From Candidatus Marinacidobacterales bacterium (GTDB lineage: Bacteria; Acidobacteriota; Vicinamibacteria; Marinacidobacterales; SMYC01): a DNA stretch of 64,000 nt. The translations under genes were made by a program, and so were the position numbers. Below the pieces are notes generated by a model that was given only the letters and a program-made list of their open reading frames with translations, was not told the DNA's origin and ran no database searches. Positions 38,893 through 47,959 of the stretch are shown one piece after another (the first letter of the stretch is position 1; each line of letters begins with the position of its first letter). The stretch spans positions 96,001 through 160,000 of the forward strand of contig CBDCYI010000009.1 in assembly GCA_965224085.1 (NCBI GenBank), written 5' to 3'.

Positions 38893-40578
38893 ATGCCGGT
38901 AAAAACGTCCATCCTTGTTTTCCTGAGTGCGGCAGTGGCCGTGCCGTTGCTCGCGCAGCCGGACGAGGCTCGCACCGGCTTCGACAGCATCCGGGCAGAT
39001 GCGCTGAAGGGCCACATCTACTTTCTCGCATCCGAGGAGCTGGGAGGGCGGCTCTCGCTGAGCTACCAGGCGCGCGTGGCCGCCAGCTACGTGGCGGCGG
39101 GCTTCTATCGTGCGGGGCTTACGCCGATGGGGAGTGGCAGCCGCTCGCCAGTGCTCGTCACTTACCGCGAATCGAGGAATCATCCTGGCGGCGTATCTTT
39201 TTTTCAAAGCTTCGAAATGGTCGATGCCGAGCTCGATCGGGAAGGCACGCGTCTCGGCGCGACGATCGCGACACCGTCCGGTGGCCTGCTCGAAAAAGAA
39301 TACGTGGCCGGTTCGGACTTTTTCGTTGGACGGCACTGGAACGGAAACGTCGAGGTGAGCGCCCCCGTTGCCTTCGCCGGCTACGGCGTCTCGGCACCCG
39401 AATACGCCTATGACGATTTCGAAGAGCTCGACGTGTCCGGGAAAGTCGTTTTGGTGCTCGCCATGGAACCGCAGCTCGACGATCCGGACAGTGCCTTTCT
39501 CGGAGCGTCGGAGACGATCCACGCCTACAACTTCTACAAGCACGAGGTGCTCAGGAAGCGCGGCGCCGCCGCCATCCTGATGGTGGGGCGCGATCGTCGC
39601 ACTCGTCCGACTCCCCGCGTGCCGAGTGGGCCCACCAGCACCGAGGCGATTCCGAACCGGCCCTCGCACACGCTCACGCCGCCCTACTACGGGATTCCAC
39701 TCTTCCGCGTAACCGAGCGTGTTGCCGACGAGCTGCTGGGACCTTCCGGCAAGACGCTTCGAGAGCTGCAATCGGAGATTGACGCCACCGGAAAGCCTCG
39801 CTCCATCGCGGTACCTGATGTTACGGTGCGCCTGGTCCGGCCACTGAGAGACCTGAAGCTGGTCTCTACCCGGAACGTCATCGGCGCACTCGAGGGATCC
39901 GATCCGGCGCTCAGAGACGAGTACGTGATCATCACCGCCCACTACGACCACTCCGGAGCGACAGACCAGGTTATCTTTCACGGCGCCGACGACAACGCCT
40001 CGGGAACGGCGGCGGTTATGGCTCTCGCCGAAGCGTTCGCCGCGAATCCGGCACGCCTGAAACGAAGCGTTTTGTTCCTCGCCTTCGATGCAGAGGAGAA
40101 CGGACTCCTGGGTGCGTTTCACTACGTCGAGAATCCGATCGTAGCTCTCGAGAAAACGGTCGCGGTTCTCAACATGGACATGATTGGCCGCAACGAGGAG
40201 TCCGCCACCTGGGTGAGTCGTGCCGCCGACACTGGAAACACCGTGAACCTCGTGGGAACACGCTACAGCGCCGATCTGCGGGCCGTCATCGAGAAGGCCA
40301 ATCGAGCCATTGGACTCTCTCTCGACGAGAAGACGGAGCGAGACGATCGAGAGAACTGGTTCGCACGTAGCGATCACTTCGCCTTCGCGACGCGTTCCAT
40401 CCCGATGGTTCTCTTCAGCACCGGGGAGCATCCCGACTACCACACGCCCAACGACACTTGGGATCGCATCGACTACCCCAAGCTCACCCGCATCGTGCGG
40501 TTGGTGTACCTGACGGCGTGGGAGCTGGCGAACGGCGCGAGCCGTCCACGGTTCGTCGCACGTCCAGTGAGCGAATGA
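38893..40578 (+). CDS. M28 family peptidase with PA domain
   Basis: AHYDH, GADDNASG, AEENGLLG, NMDMIGR, RSDH, DYH. Confidence 0.9.
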   Translation: MPVKTSILVFLSAAVAVPLLAQPDEARTGFDSIRADALKGHIYFLASEELGGRLSLSYQARVAASYVAAGFYRAGLTPMGSGSRSPVLVTYRESRNHPGGVSFFQSFEMVDAELDREGTRLGATIATPSGGLLEKEYVAGSDFFVGRHWNGNVEVSAPVAFAGYGVSAPEYAYDDFEELDVSGKVVLVLAMEPQLDDPDSAFLGASETIHAYNFYKHEVLRKRGAAAILMVGRDRRTRPTPRVPSGPTSTEAIPNRPSHTLTPPYYGIPLFRVTERVADELLGPSGKTLRELQSEIDATGKPRSIAVPDVTVRLVRPLRDLKLVSTRNVIGALEGSDPALRDEYVIITAHYDHSGATDQVIFHGADDNASGTAAVMALAEAFAANPARLKRSVLFLAFDAEENGLLGAFHYVENPIVALEKTVAVLNMDMIGRNEESATWVSRAADTGNTVNLVGTRYSADLRAVIEKANRAIGLSLDEKTERDDRENWFARSDHFAFATRSIPMVLFSTGEHPDYHTPNDTWDRIDYPKLTRIVRLVYLTAWELANGASRPRFVARPVSE

Positions 40579-40659
40579 CATCAAGAATTGTCTGGAGACG
40601 GAGCGAGTCGCTTTCAAGGAACGAACTTGCCCCGGACCTGATTGACGAGGGGGAATGAC

Positions 40660-42585
40660 ATGAGAACGGCGTTGCTTGTGTGTCTTTGCTGCTTGCTGGC
40701 CTCCGCGGTCGCGACTTCCCAGCCCGGCTCCGAGGCTCTTCCGGTGGACAATCTTCTGTCCATCAACTCCGTCGTCGGTGGCGAAACTCCGCAATGGTCG
40801 CCCGACGGGAAGCATCTTCTCTTCGCCTCGAGTCTGGGAGACGGTGGTCTTCTGACGATCTCTCCCGACGGCGGTTTCCCCACGCGCGTTCCCCTCGATC
40901 TCGGCGGGTCGGGGCATTTTCTGGCGCTTCAGACGCCGCAATGGTCGCCCGACGGCGCCTGGATCGCTTACGTTGCGGACAAGTCCGGCTCTCCCGAGCT
41001 CTGGCTCTGGTCGGTCGCAGGTGGGCGTGACCGGCAGCTCACCGATCTGGGCGGCCGCATCAATTCCTTTCGCTGGTCCCCAGATGGGACCGCCATTGCT
41101 TTCGCAGGCGACCGCTACGGCAACTACGATATCTGGAAGGCGCGCGTAGACGACGGTGCGATCCATCGTTTGACCAAAAAGGAGCGCTACGAAGTGTTCC
41201 CCTTCTGGACTCCGGACGGCGAGACGATCCTCTACGCCGAGCTGGACGAACGATGGGAGGACCACACCGTGATCGCGATGACGGGTGATGGAGAAAGCCC
41301 GCGGGTCGTGGTGGTAGACACCGACTTTTTCGACTATCGAGCCGGTGGCACGTTCGCCTATCCCCGCGTCTCGCCCGATGGGCAGGCCGTGCTCTTTCGC
41401 TCGCACCGAAGCGGCTGGATCAACTACTGGGTGGTGCCCCTCGGAGTCGGCGAGCCGAGAGCCGTTCATGCCGAGGAGGCCGACCAGAGCCACGCCCGCT
41501 GGTCTCCCGATGGACAATCCATCGCGTTCGTCTCGAACCGGAACGGGACGCACCATCTCATGGTGGTTGCGGCGAGCGGCGGGACACCCCGCGCCCTCGT
41601 GAGTCCCGAAGTGGGCGTGGTTGCCAGCCCCGAGTGGTCGCCCGACGGGACGCGGCTGAGCTACACCTTTGAGACGACGACCCGTCCTCGAGATCTGTTC
41701 GTGGTGGAAGTTTCGAGCGGTGACAGGCGCCAGCTCACCGACTCCCTCCTGGCAGGTGGCCTCGAAGCGACGCTGATCCCACCCGAGAAGATCCGTTACC
41801 GGAGCACCGACGGTTTCGAGATTGCCGCCTACCTCTACAAGCCTGCTGCGTTCCGTTCCGGCGAGCGCTTTCCCGGAGTTTTGTGGATCCACGGCGGTCC
41901 CACCTCCCAGTTCCACGACACCTTTCAACAACACGTTCAGTTCTTTGTTCAGCGAGGCTACGTCGTGCTCCTCCCCAACATCCGCGGCAGCTCCGGCTAC
42001 GGAAAGGCGTTCGCAGACGCCAACAACGACTGCTGGGGACATTGCGATCTCGAAGACGTCCTGGCCGGAGTCGACTACTTGAAAACGCTCGCCTACGTGG
42101 ACTCGGACAAGATAGGCATTACCGGAACGAGCTACGGGGGCTGCATGAGCCTCTCGGCCGTTGCGTTCGCGCCCGGCGTCTTTCAAGCAGCGATCCCGGG
42201 CTCCGGCTACGCCGACTGGTTCCATTTCATGGAAGAGCAGGAGCTCCGTCACATCAAGCTCCTCGAGCACGAGTTCGGACCGCTGCCCGACAACGAGGAG
42301 ACCTACCGTCGGAACTCCCCGATCTTCTCAGTCGAGCGCGTCACCACACCAACGTTTCTCGTTCACGGTGAGGGGCGGTTCCCACGCTCGAGCGCCTCGC
42401 TGAACTTCGCCCTCGAGCTCGAGAAGAACTACAAGGTGTTTCGGCTGAAGGCCTACCCGAACGAGAACTACTACGTGCGAGGCAGGAAGAACCGGCGTCA
42501 GCTGCTTCTCGATATGTTGTCCTTTTTCGACCAGTTTCTGAAAGGTGGCCCGAAAGGGGACCCGCCGGTCACCTCGAACGAATAG
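40660..42585 (+). CDS. S9 family peptidase with PD40 repeats
   Basis: WSPDG repeats, IHGGP, PNIRGSSGYG, GTSYGG. Confidence 0.9.
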   Translation: MRTALLVCLCCLLASAVATSQPGSEALPVDNLLSINSVVGGETPQWSPDGKHLLFASSLGDGGLLTISPDGGFPTRVPLDLGGSGHFLALQTPQWSPDGAWIAYVADKSGSPELWLWSVAGGRDRQLTDLGGRINSFRWSPDGTAIAFAGDRYGNYDIWKARVDDGAIHRLTKKERYEVFPFWTPDGETILYAELDERWEDHTVIAMTGDGESPRVVVVDTDFFDYRAGGTFAYPRVSPDGQAVLFRSHRSGWINYWVVPLGVGEPRAVHAEEADQSHARWSPDGQSIAFVSNRNGTHHLMVVAASGGTPRALVSPEVGVVASPEWSPDGTRLSYTFETTTRPRDLFVVEVSSGDRRQLTDSLLAGGLEATLIPPEKIRYRSTDGFEIAAYLYKPAAFRSGERFPGVLWIHGGPTSQFHDTFQQHVQFFVQRGYVVLLPNIRGSSGYGKAFADANNDCWGHCDLEDVLAGVDYLKTLAYVDSDKIGITGTSYGGCMSLSAVAFAPGVFQAAIPGSGYADWFHFMEEQELRHIKLLEHEFGPLPDNEETYRRNSPIFSVERVTTPTFLVHGEGRFPRSSASLNFALELEKNYKVFRLKAYPNENYYVRGRKNRRQLLLDMLSFFDQFLKGGPKGDPPVTSNE

Positions 42586-42687
42586 GTGCGGTGCGGAAGA
42601 ACCCCGACATCGACGGGGCGTTTTCCTGGATGGATTTCTGGGACGAGAACAGGTACTTAGCCCACACCTTCTCCCGGGAGTTCACAA

Positions 42688-43161
42688 ATGGTCAGAATCC
42701 TTGCCTTGTCACTGAGCGCTTCGCTGTTCGCGGTGCCCGGCAACACAAGATGCGAACATCGTCTACGACCCGGCGCTCTATCAGGCCCTCGAGTACCGGA
42801 TGATTAGCCTCACAAGGGCTCGCGCACCACGGCGGTCACCGGGGTGTCGCAGGAGCCGCGTACGTTCTATATGGGAGGTACCGGAGGAGGCGTGTGGAAA
42901 ACTACCGACGGCGGAGAGACCTGGTTCAACATCACCGACGGTCAGTTCGCTACCGGCTCGGTCGGTGCCGTCGACGTTGCCGACTCCAATCCCCACGTCA
43001 TCTACGTGGGGACGGGCTCCGCCTGCATCCGCGGCAACGTCTCTCCCGGCGTCGGCATCTACAAATCGACCGATGCTGGCAGGAGCTGGAGCCACGCCGG
43101 GCTCGACGATGTGGGCCAGATCGGACGCGTCATCGTCCACCCCACCGACCCCGATATCGTC
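42688..43161 (+). pseudogene. 5' fragment of a sortilin/VPS10-repeat (BNR) glycosyl-hydrolase-like protein
   Basis: Signal peptide, frameshifts, GGVWKTTDGGETW, IYVGTG, GIYKSTDAG.SW; stops at HPTDPDIV. Confidence 0.8.
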
Positions 43162-43169
43162 TAGGCGCG

Positions 43170-43306
43170 CCAAGCGTGGACACCACGGAACAACGGCCGC
43201 CGGGGTGGCCAGCCGCGCTACTCGAATCTCGCAATCGTGACGGCGTTGACGTTGCGCATGGTCTTTCACCTTCCGCTCCGACAGACCGAGGGATTCCTCG
43301 ACTCGT
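43170..43306 (+). pseudogene. IS5-family transposase fragment
   Basis: Manual translation: GRRGGQPRYSNLAIVTALTLRMVFHLPLRQTEGFLDS. Confidence 0.75.
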
Positions 43307-43382
43307 TTGCGCCTCCAAACGACCCACAGATTCTGCTGAGGAGGCAGATTTTTAAGGATAAGGTTCTTGCAGCTCGAAGGTG

Positions 43383-45182
43383 TTAGTAGCGCCAGCTCGT
43401 CACGTCGGCTCCCGGCGGCGCGGTCTCGAGCATGTGCTCCACCATTTTGGGAACGAAGCGCTGAACGTAGGTGAGCCGTGAGATCGAGTTCGGGTTCTCG
43501 TGATCGCCGCTCCAGCAGTGCTCGAAGCGATCACCGTAGTCCACCTCGCCGGCGTAGTAGGGCTCGGTGGTCGACTCGAGAAACTCATCCAGGAGGTAGA
43601 CGGCGTTCGGCAAATAGTAGTTGTCCATATCACCGCAGTAGATGTGGAGCTTGCCGATGAGCTTGGGGCCGAGCTCCTTCCAGTCTCTTTCCAGGATGTG
43701 GCGAAGATCGTAGTGCTCCTTCATGTATTCGGCCACGGATGGGTCGATCGCCCCGGTGCGTTTGTCGATGAGCGTCTTGATGTAACCATCCTCTCCGACC
43801 GGCGCCCAGGCCGCCTCGTACCCATCCCTCAGCTCACCGGAGCGGCCCCTGGTCCCGAGGACGCGCTCGAGACGATAGAGCTCCTCGAGCGTGCAAGTGA
43901 CGTCCCCGAGAAAATTCCGCAGGCCGGGCCGGGGTGTTCGCTTCCATTTGCTGTCGATATGGAAGGCGTTCTCGTCCTGGTAGATGTTGACCGACGTATA
44001 AGCGCGGAAATCGACCGGGCTCGGGCAGGCCGACCAGGTACCGTTGTATTCGTCGGGGTAAAACACCTGGAACGCAAGCGACGTCCACCCACCGGTCGAG
44101 CCGCCGTAGAGCACCCGCGCCCAGCCTTCTCCGATGCCCCGAAATGTTTTCTCGATGAACGGAACGAGCTCGTAGGTGACCGCGTCGCCGTAGGGGCCGT
44201 TGTTGGCCGAGTTCACGCCGTAGGAGCCGTCGTAGTAGGGAGTGGCTGCCTGGACGTCGACCTTGATCACCCGCGGGAAGCCCGGTCCGGTCCAGTCCTG
44301 GTAGAGCTGGTAGGCGTAGCGCTCCTCTGTCGGTTTGTAGCTCGGATGGTTTCGGTACCCCACGATAGGCTCGACCCAGGGTTGTCCGCGGAGCGCCGCG
44401 CGGATAGGCTCGACTTTGGGCCGGTCCTCCGTTTGGGCTGGCTCCGGCTCGGAGTCTGCGGTCCCCATCTCATCCTCCGGAGGCGTCTCGCGCCAGTGCG
44501 CGATGGTGCGGCGATAGTGTCCTTGGCTCACCACGAGCGGATAGCGCGCCTCGGGATGCTCGTCGAAGGCTTCCGGCAGCAGGACGATCGCGTCGAGATA
44601 CATCGGGCGGCCCCAGAACTCGCTGAGAAGCGCGCTCTCGAACCGCACGTGCTTCACGTACTTGGTGTCCTCGGGCTCGGGGATGGGAGGGATTTCCTGA
44701 TCCATTGAAATCTCGATGGTGGCGTCCTCACCCGCGTCGAGACGAACCTTTCGAGGGGTGCTGTACAGATTGCCCGGCGCCCGGTTCCACTTGATGCCTT
44801 CGTCCCGGTTGATCGGCAGCTTCAACCGGTGTCCGTCACTCCGATGAAACGTCTCGTAGCGGTGGAGCACTGCCTGGACCCAGTACTCTCCTCGCGGAAT
44901 GTCCGCGACGCTGTCGACGGGGAAGCCGAGGACGTCACCATCGAGGACAGCGTCTTTTCCGGGCGCCAAGCCCTCCACGTCGATCCCGAACAGGAGCTGG
45001 GTATCCTGACCGTTGTTGATCTGGAACCGCGGCTCCTCGGCATCGTTCGTCGAGATCGCCAGCAGCAGACGCCCGTCCAAGGCCGTGCTCGACCGCTCTT
45101 CGGGAAACGAAACGGCAAAGCGAAGTCCGGCGGGCTGGCAGGACACGGTGAAGAGAAGCGACAGGACTACCGCCCATCGCAT
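43383..45182 (-). CDS. Secreted esterase-like alpha/beta-hydrolase (paralog of 62092-63861)
   Basis: SYGVNSANNGPYGDA, ARVLYGGSTGGW, GDMDNYYL, GADVTSWRY*. Confidence 0.75.
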   Translation of the reverse strand: MRWAVVLSLLFTVSCQPAGLRFAVSFPEERSSTALDGRLLLAISTNDAEEPRFQINNGQDTQLLFGIDVEGLAPGKDAVLDGDVLGFPVDSVADIPRGEYWVQAVLHRYETFHRSDGHRLKLPINRDEGIKWNRAPGNLYSTPRKVRLDAGEDATIEISMDQEIPPIPEPEDTKYVKHVRFESALLSEFWGRPMYLDAIVLLPEAFDEHPEARYPLVVSQGHYRRTIAHWRETPPEDEMGTADSEPEPAQTEDRPKVEPIRAALRGQPWVEPIVGYRNHPSYKPTEERYAYQLYQDWTGPGFPRVIKVDVQAATPYYDGSYGVNSANNGPYGDAVTYELVPFIEKTFRGIGEGWARVLYGGSTGGWTSLAFQVFYPDEYNGTWSACPSPVDFRAYTSVNIYQDENAFHIDSKWKRTPRPGLRNFLGDVTCTLEELYRLERVLGTRGRSGELRDGYEAAWAPVGEDGYIKTLIDKRTGAIDPSVAEYMKEHYDLRHILERDWKELGPKLIGKLHIYCGDMDNYYLPNAVYLLDEFLESTTEPYYAGEVDYGDRFEHCWSGDHENPNSISRLTYVQRFVPKMVEHMLETAPPGADVTSWRY

Positions 45183-45231
45183 CACCGCCTCTGAGAGCTG
45201 AGAGACTAGCGCTAGCGTGACTCTATACATG

Positions 45232-45335
45232 GCAAAGTACCTTTCCCGAGATGGCGGAAACGCTGAAGGCCATCGCTAGAGATGGACCCGGAATCTTCTA
45301 TGGAGCGGCGCTTGCGGAGCGCTTCGCCGCTCATT
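45232..45335 (+). pseudogene. Gamma-glutamyltransferase internal fragment
   Basis: PEMAETLKAIARDGP..FY...LAE. Confidence 0.55.
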
Positions 45336-45522
45336 GTACCGCGCTGCCACGGCCCGGGTGCGAGTGCCCTTGCGAAAGCGGCAGCGCGTCGGCGCCCTTC
45401 TGCGGACTCCCGAATTTTTCACCGAAGAAGTCCCGGGGGTTCCAGGTGGGCCGATCCGCGTCCGAGGCCACGTGAAATCCCAGGAGAAAGTTCGTATTGG
45501 GGAAGAGGGCGGCAGCGAGCCA

Positions 45523-45580
45523 AGGGTCAATTGCGTAAACTTTTTGGATCATTTTGGCCCAACTCAGCCTGCGTTGGAAC
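45523..45580 (-). pseudogene. IS91-like transposase C-terminal scrap
   Basis: SWAKMIQKVYAIDP matches the WA.LI.KVY..DP motif; locally lower GC. Confidence 0.45.
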
Positions 45581-45758
45581 GGCGCGCAGTTGATGCGGCG
45601 GGACGATCTCGGAGTCATCGAGCCAGGCGCAATAGCGGATATTCTCGTTGTCGATGGCGACCCACTCGAGGACATCGGCAACATGCGGCAGCTACTGGTA
45701 GTGATCAAAGAAGGCGAGGTATCCTTGACCGGACCGCCTCCGAGCAGACCTCTAGGTG
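45580..45758 (+). pseudogene. Amidohydrolase C-terminal fragment
   Basis: LGVIEPGAIADILVVDGDPLEDI...VIKEG. Confidence 0.7.
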
Positions 45759-45779
45759 ATGGCGGGGAGGTGCAACGGC

Positions 45780-46292
45780 ATGGGAGAGCTAAAGACTCGA
45801 CGGAGGTTCATCCAGGGTGCCATCGCCGCGGGCGCGGCGGTGTCCGCTTCGGGAGCCCTCTCCCACGAGTCCGGCGCCCTGGCGCAGCGGTCCGAAGGTA
45901 TCCGAAGCTTCGATCATGTCGCCGCTCCGATGCGAAATACGGAAGCGATGGTTTCGTTCTATCGTGCCCTCGGTTTGAAGGTGAACGAAGGTCCCCGGGT
46001 CTGCTCCGTCCATTTCGGGGACCAGAAGATCAATTTTCACCGTCCCGTGCTGTGGCAGCGCGAGACGTTCACGCTGCGTGCTCCCGCCGCCCAGCCGCCC
46101 TGCGGTGACTTCTGCTTCGTGTGGGAAGGCTCGATGGAGTCGCTGAAAGCGACGCTGGAGAGAGCGCGAGCTGAGGTCATCGAGGGTCCCGCGGAGCGCG
46201 CAGGCGGTCGCGATGGCGGCGCGGCCAGAGGCACGAGCCTGTACGTGCGAGACCCGGACGGCAACCTGTTGGAATTCATGATCTATTCCTGA
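45780..46292 (+). CDS. VOC/glyoxalase family protein with Tat signal
   Basis: TRRRFI; FDHVA, FY..LG, GDFCF, SLYVRDPDGNLLE. Confidence 0.85.
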   Translation: MGELKTRRRFIQGAIAAGAAVSASGALSHESGALAQRSEGIRSFDHVAAPMRNTEAMVSFYRALGLKVNEGPRVCSVHFGDQKINFHRPVLWQRETFTLRAPAAQPPCGDFCFVWEGSMESLKATLERARAEVIEGPAERAGGRDGGAARGTSLYVRDPDGNLLEFMIYS

Positions 46293-47959
46293 TCCTCCTG
46301 ATCCTTGCTGAAGCTATATAGCTTCCTGGCGGCTTCGGCGGAGACGAGCTCGTTCGCCACGTCCGAGCGTACCTGCTCGCGATCTCTAGCCTTGGGGTCA
46401 CCGTAGCCACCCCCGCCGGGGGTGTGAAGGATCAGCCGTTCGCCGGCGCGAATGATCTGGGTCCCCTTGCCGCGCAACCGCTCGCCGGAGGCGAGGAACA
46501 CCGCACCGGACTCCCCCTGGCCGCCTAAACGTCGGCCCAGAGCCGGGTGCGCGATGCGATCGAAGGCCGCGAGCAATTCGAAATCGGAGTCGATCGCGCT
46601 CTCGATCTCGAGCACCTGGCCGAGGCCGCCGCGATGCTCGCCGGCGCCGCCAGAATCCGGCCGGAGCTCCTTGCGGTGGAAAATCAGCGGCGCCAAGGAT
46701 TCGTTGATCTCCACGGGGGTTCCCCGGACACCGCTGGGATAGGCGGTGGCGGACAGGCCGTCGCTCGTCGGTCGCGCGCCAGTGCCTCCGTTCGTGACGG
46801 CGGTGGTGGTGAAGATGGTGCTGTCGTTCGGGCCTCGATCCGTTTCGCCCCGGAAGGTGAGATTCCAAAGGCAAGAGGCGCCCTCGGCGGGGACGCGGTC
46901 GGGCTTCACCTGAACGAGACAGCCGAAGACAACGTCGGGCAGCATTTGACCGATAATGTGGCGGGCATTGATCGCCGCCGGATAAGGAGCGTTCAAAATA
47001 GATCGTAGCGGGGCGGTGACCTTGAAGGGCGCGAGCGATCCCGCGTTATTGGGCACCTCCGGCGAGACAATGCAGCGCAAGCCGAAACAGGTATAAGCTG
47101 CCGTATAGGCGATCGGCACATTGACGCCGTACTTGGACATGGGCGATGTGCCGTCGTAATCGACGGAAATACCGTCATCGGAAATGGTCAGCTCCGCGAC
47201 CAGATCGACTGCATTGTCGTATCCGTCGATGCGCATGGTGTTGCGGAAGGTGCCCTTCGGCAACTCGGCGATTTCGGCCATCACCGCATCGTAGGAGTTG
47301 GCGCAGATGTATTCGGCAAGTGAGTCGAGTCTCTCCAAATCGAATTCGTCCATCATCTCGACCAGCCGAGCGCAGCCGATATCGTTGCAGGCGGCCAGCG
47401 AGTAGACATCGCCTTCCGTTTCCACGGGCTGGCGTGTATTGGCCCGAATCATCGCCATCAGAGTCTCGTTGATTTCCCCCCGGTCGGCGAGCTTCAGCAT
47501 CGGGATGTAGATGCCTTCCATGTGCACGTCCGTGCCGTCTGGTCCCATGCCGACACCGCCGATGTCCGTGATATGGGACGTGCAGGAAAAGAGCGCGACG
47601 AGATGCCCGGCTTTGAAGCAGGGAGTCGTGAGAACGAAGTCGTTGGTATGTCCGGTTCCCAGCCAGGGATCGTTGGTAATGTAGATGTCGCCCTCGCGCA
47701 TCGTCTCGATTGAGAAATGACGAAGGAAGTGCTTGACCGATTCCGCCATGGAGTTCACATGACCCGGGGTGCCCGTGACCGCCTGCGCGAGCATCCGCCC
47801 CTTGATGTCGAAGACACCGGCGGACAGGTCGCCGCATTCGCGTACGATGGGGCTGAAGGCGGTACGTACCAGGGTCCTTGCTTGCTCCTCGACCACAGAG
47901 ATGAGCCGATTCCACATCACCTGCATGCGAATCGTGTCCAAGGCGCCTTTGTCGCTCAT
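46283..47959 (-). CDS. Hydantoinase B/oxoprolinase family protein
   Basis: RTAFSPIVRE..D, NDPWLGTGHTND, H..DIGG, TPVEINE, SGG.G..RGG, TPGGGGYG. Confidence 0.92.
   Translation of the reverse strand: MSDKGALDTIRMQVMWNRLISVVEEQARTLVRTAFSPIVRECGDLSAGVFDIKGRMLAQAVTGTPGHVNSMAESVKHFLRHFSIETMREGDIYITNDPWLGTGHTNDFVLTTPCFKAGHLVALFSCTSHITDIGGVGMGPDGTDVHMEGIYIPMLKLADRGEINETLMAMIRANTRQPVETEGDVYSLAACNDIGCARLVEMMDEFDLERLDSLAEYICANSYDAVMAEIAELPKGTFRNTMRIDGYDNAVDLVAELTISDDGISVDYDGTSPMSKYGVNVPIAYTAAYTCFGLRCIVSPEVPNNAGSLAPFKVTAPLRSILNAPYPAAINARHIIGQMLPDVVFGCLVQVKPDRVPAEGASCLWNLTFRGETDRGPNDSTIFTTTAVTNGGTGARPTSDGLSATAYPSGVRGTPVEINESLAPLIFHRKELRPDSGGAGEHRGGLGQVLEIESAIDSDFELLAAFDRIAHPALGRRLGGQGESGAVFLASGERLRGKGTQIIRAGERLILHTPGGGGYGDPKARDREQVRSDVANELVSAEAARKLYSFSKDQEDQE

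Noticed and set aside
38875-42270. 1131-aa minus-strand ORF
   Set aside because: Antisense shadow of the M28 and S9 genes in GC-rich DNA; no recognisable motifs
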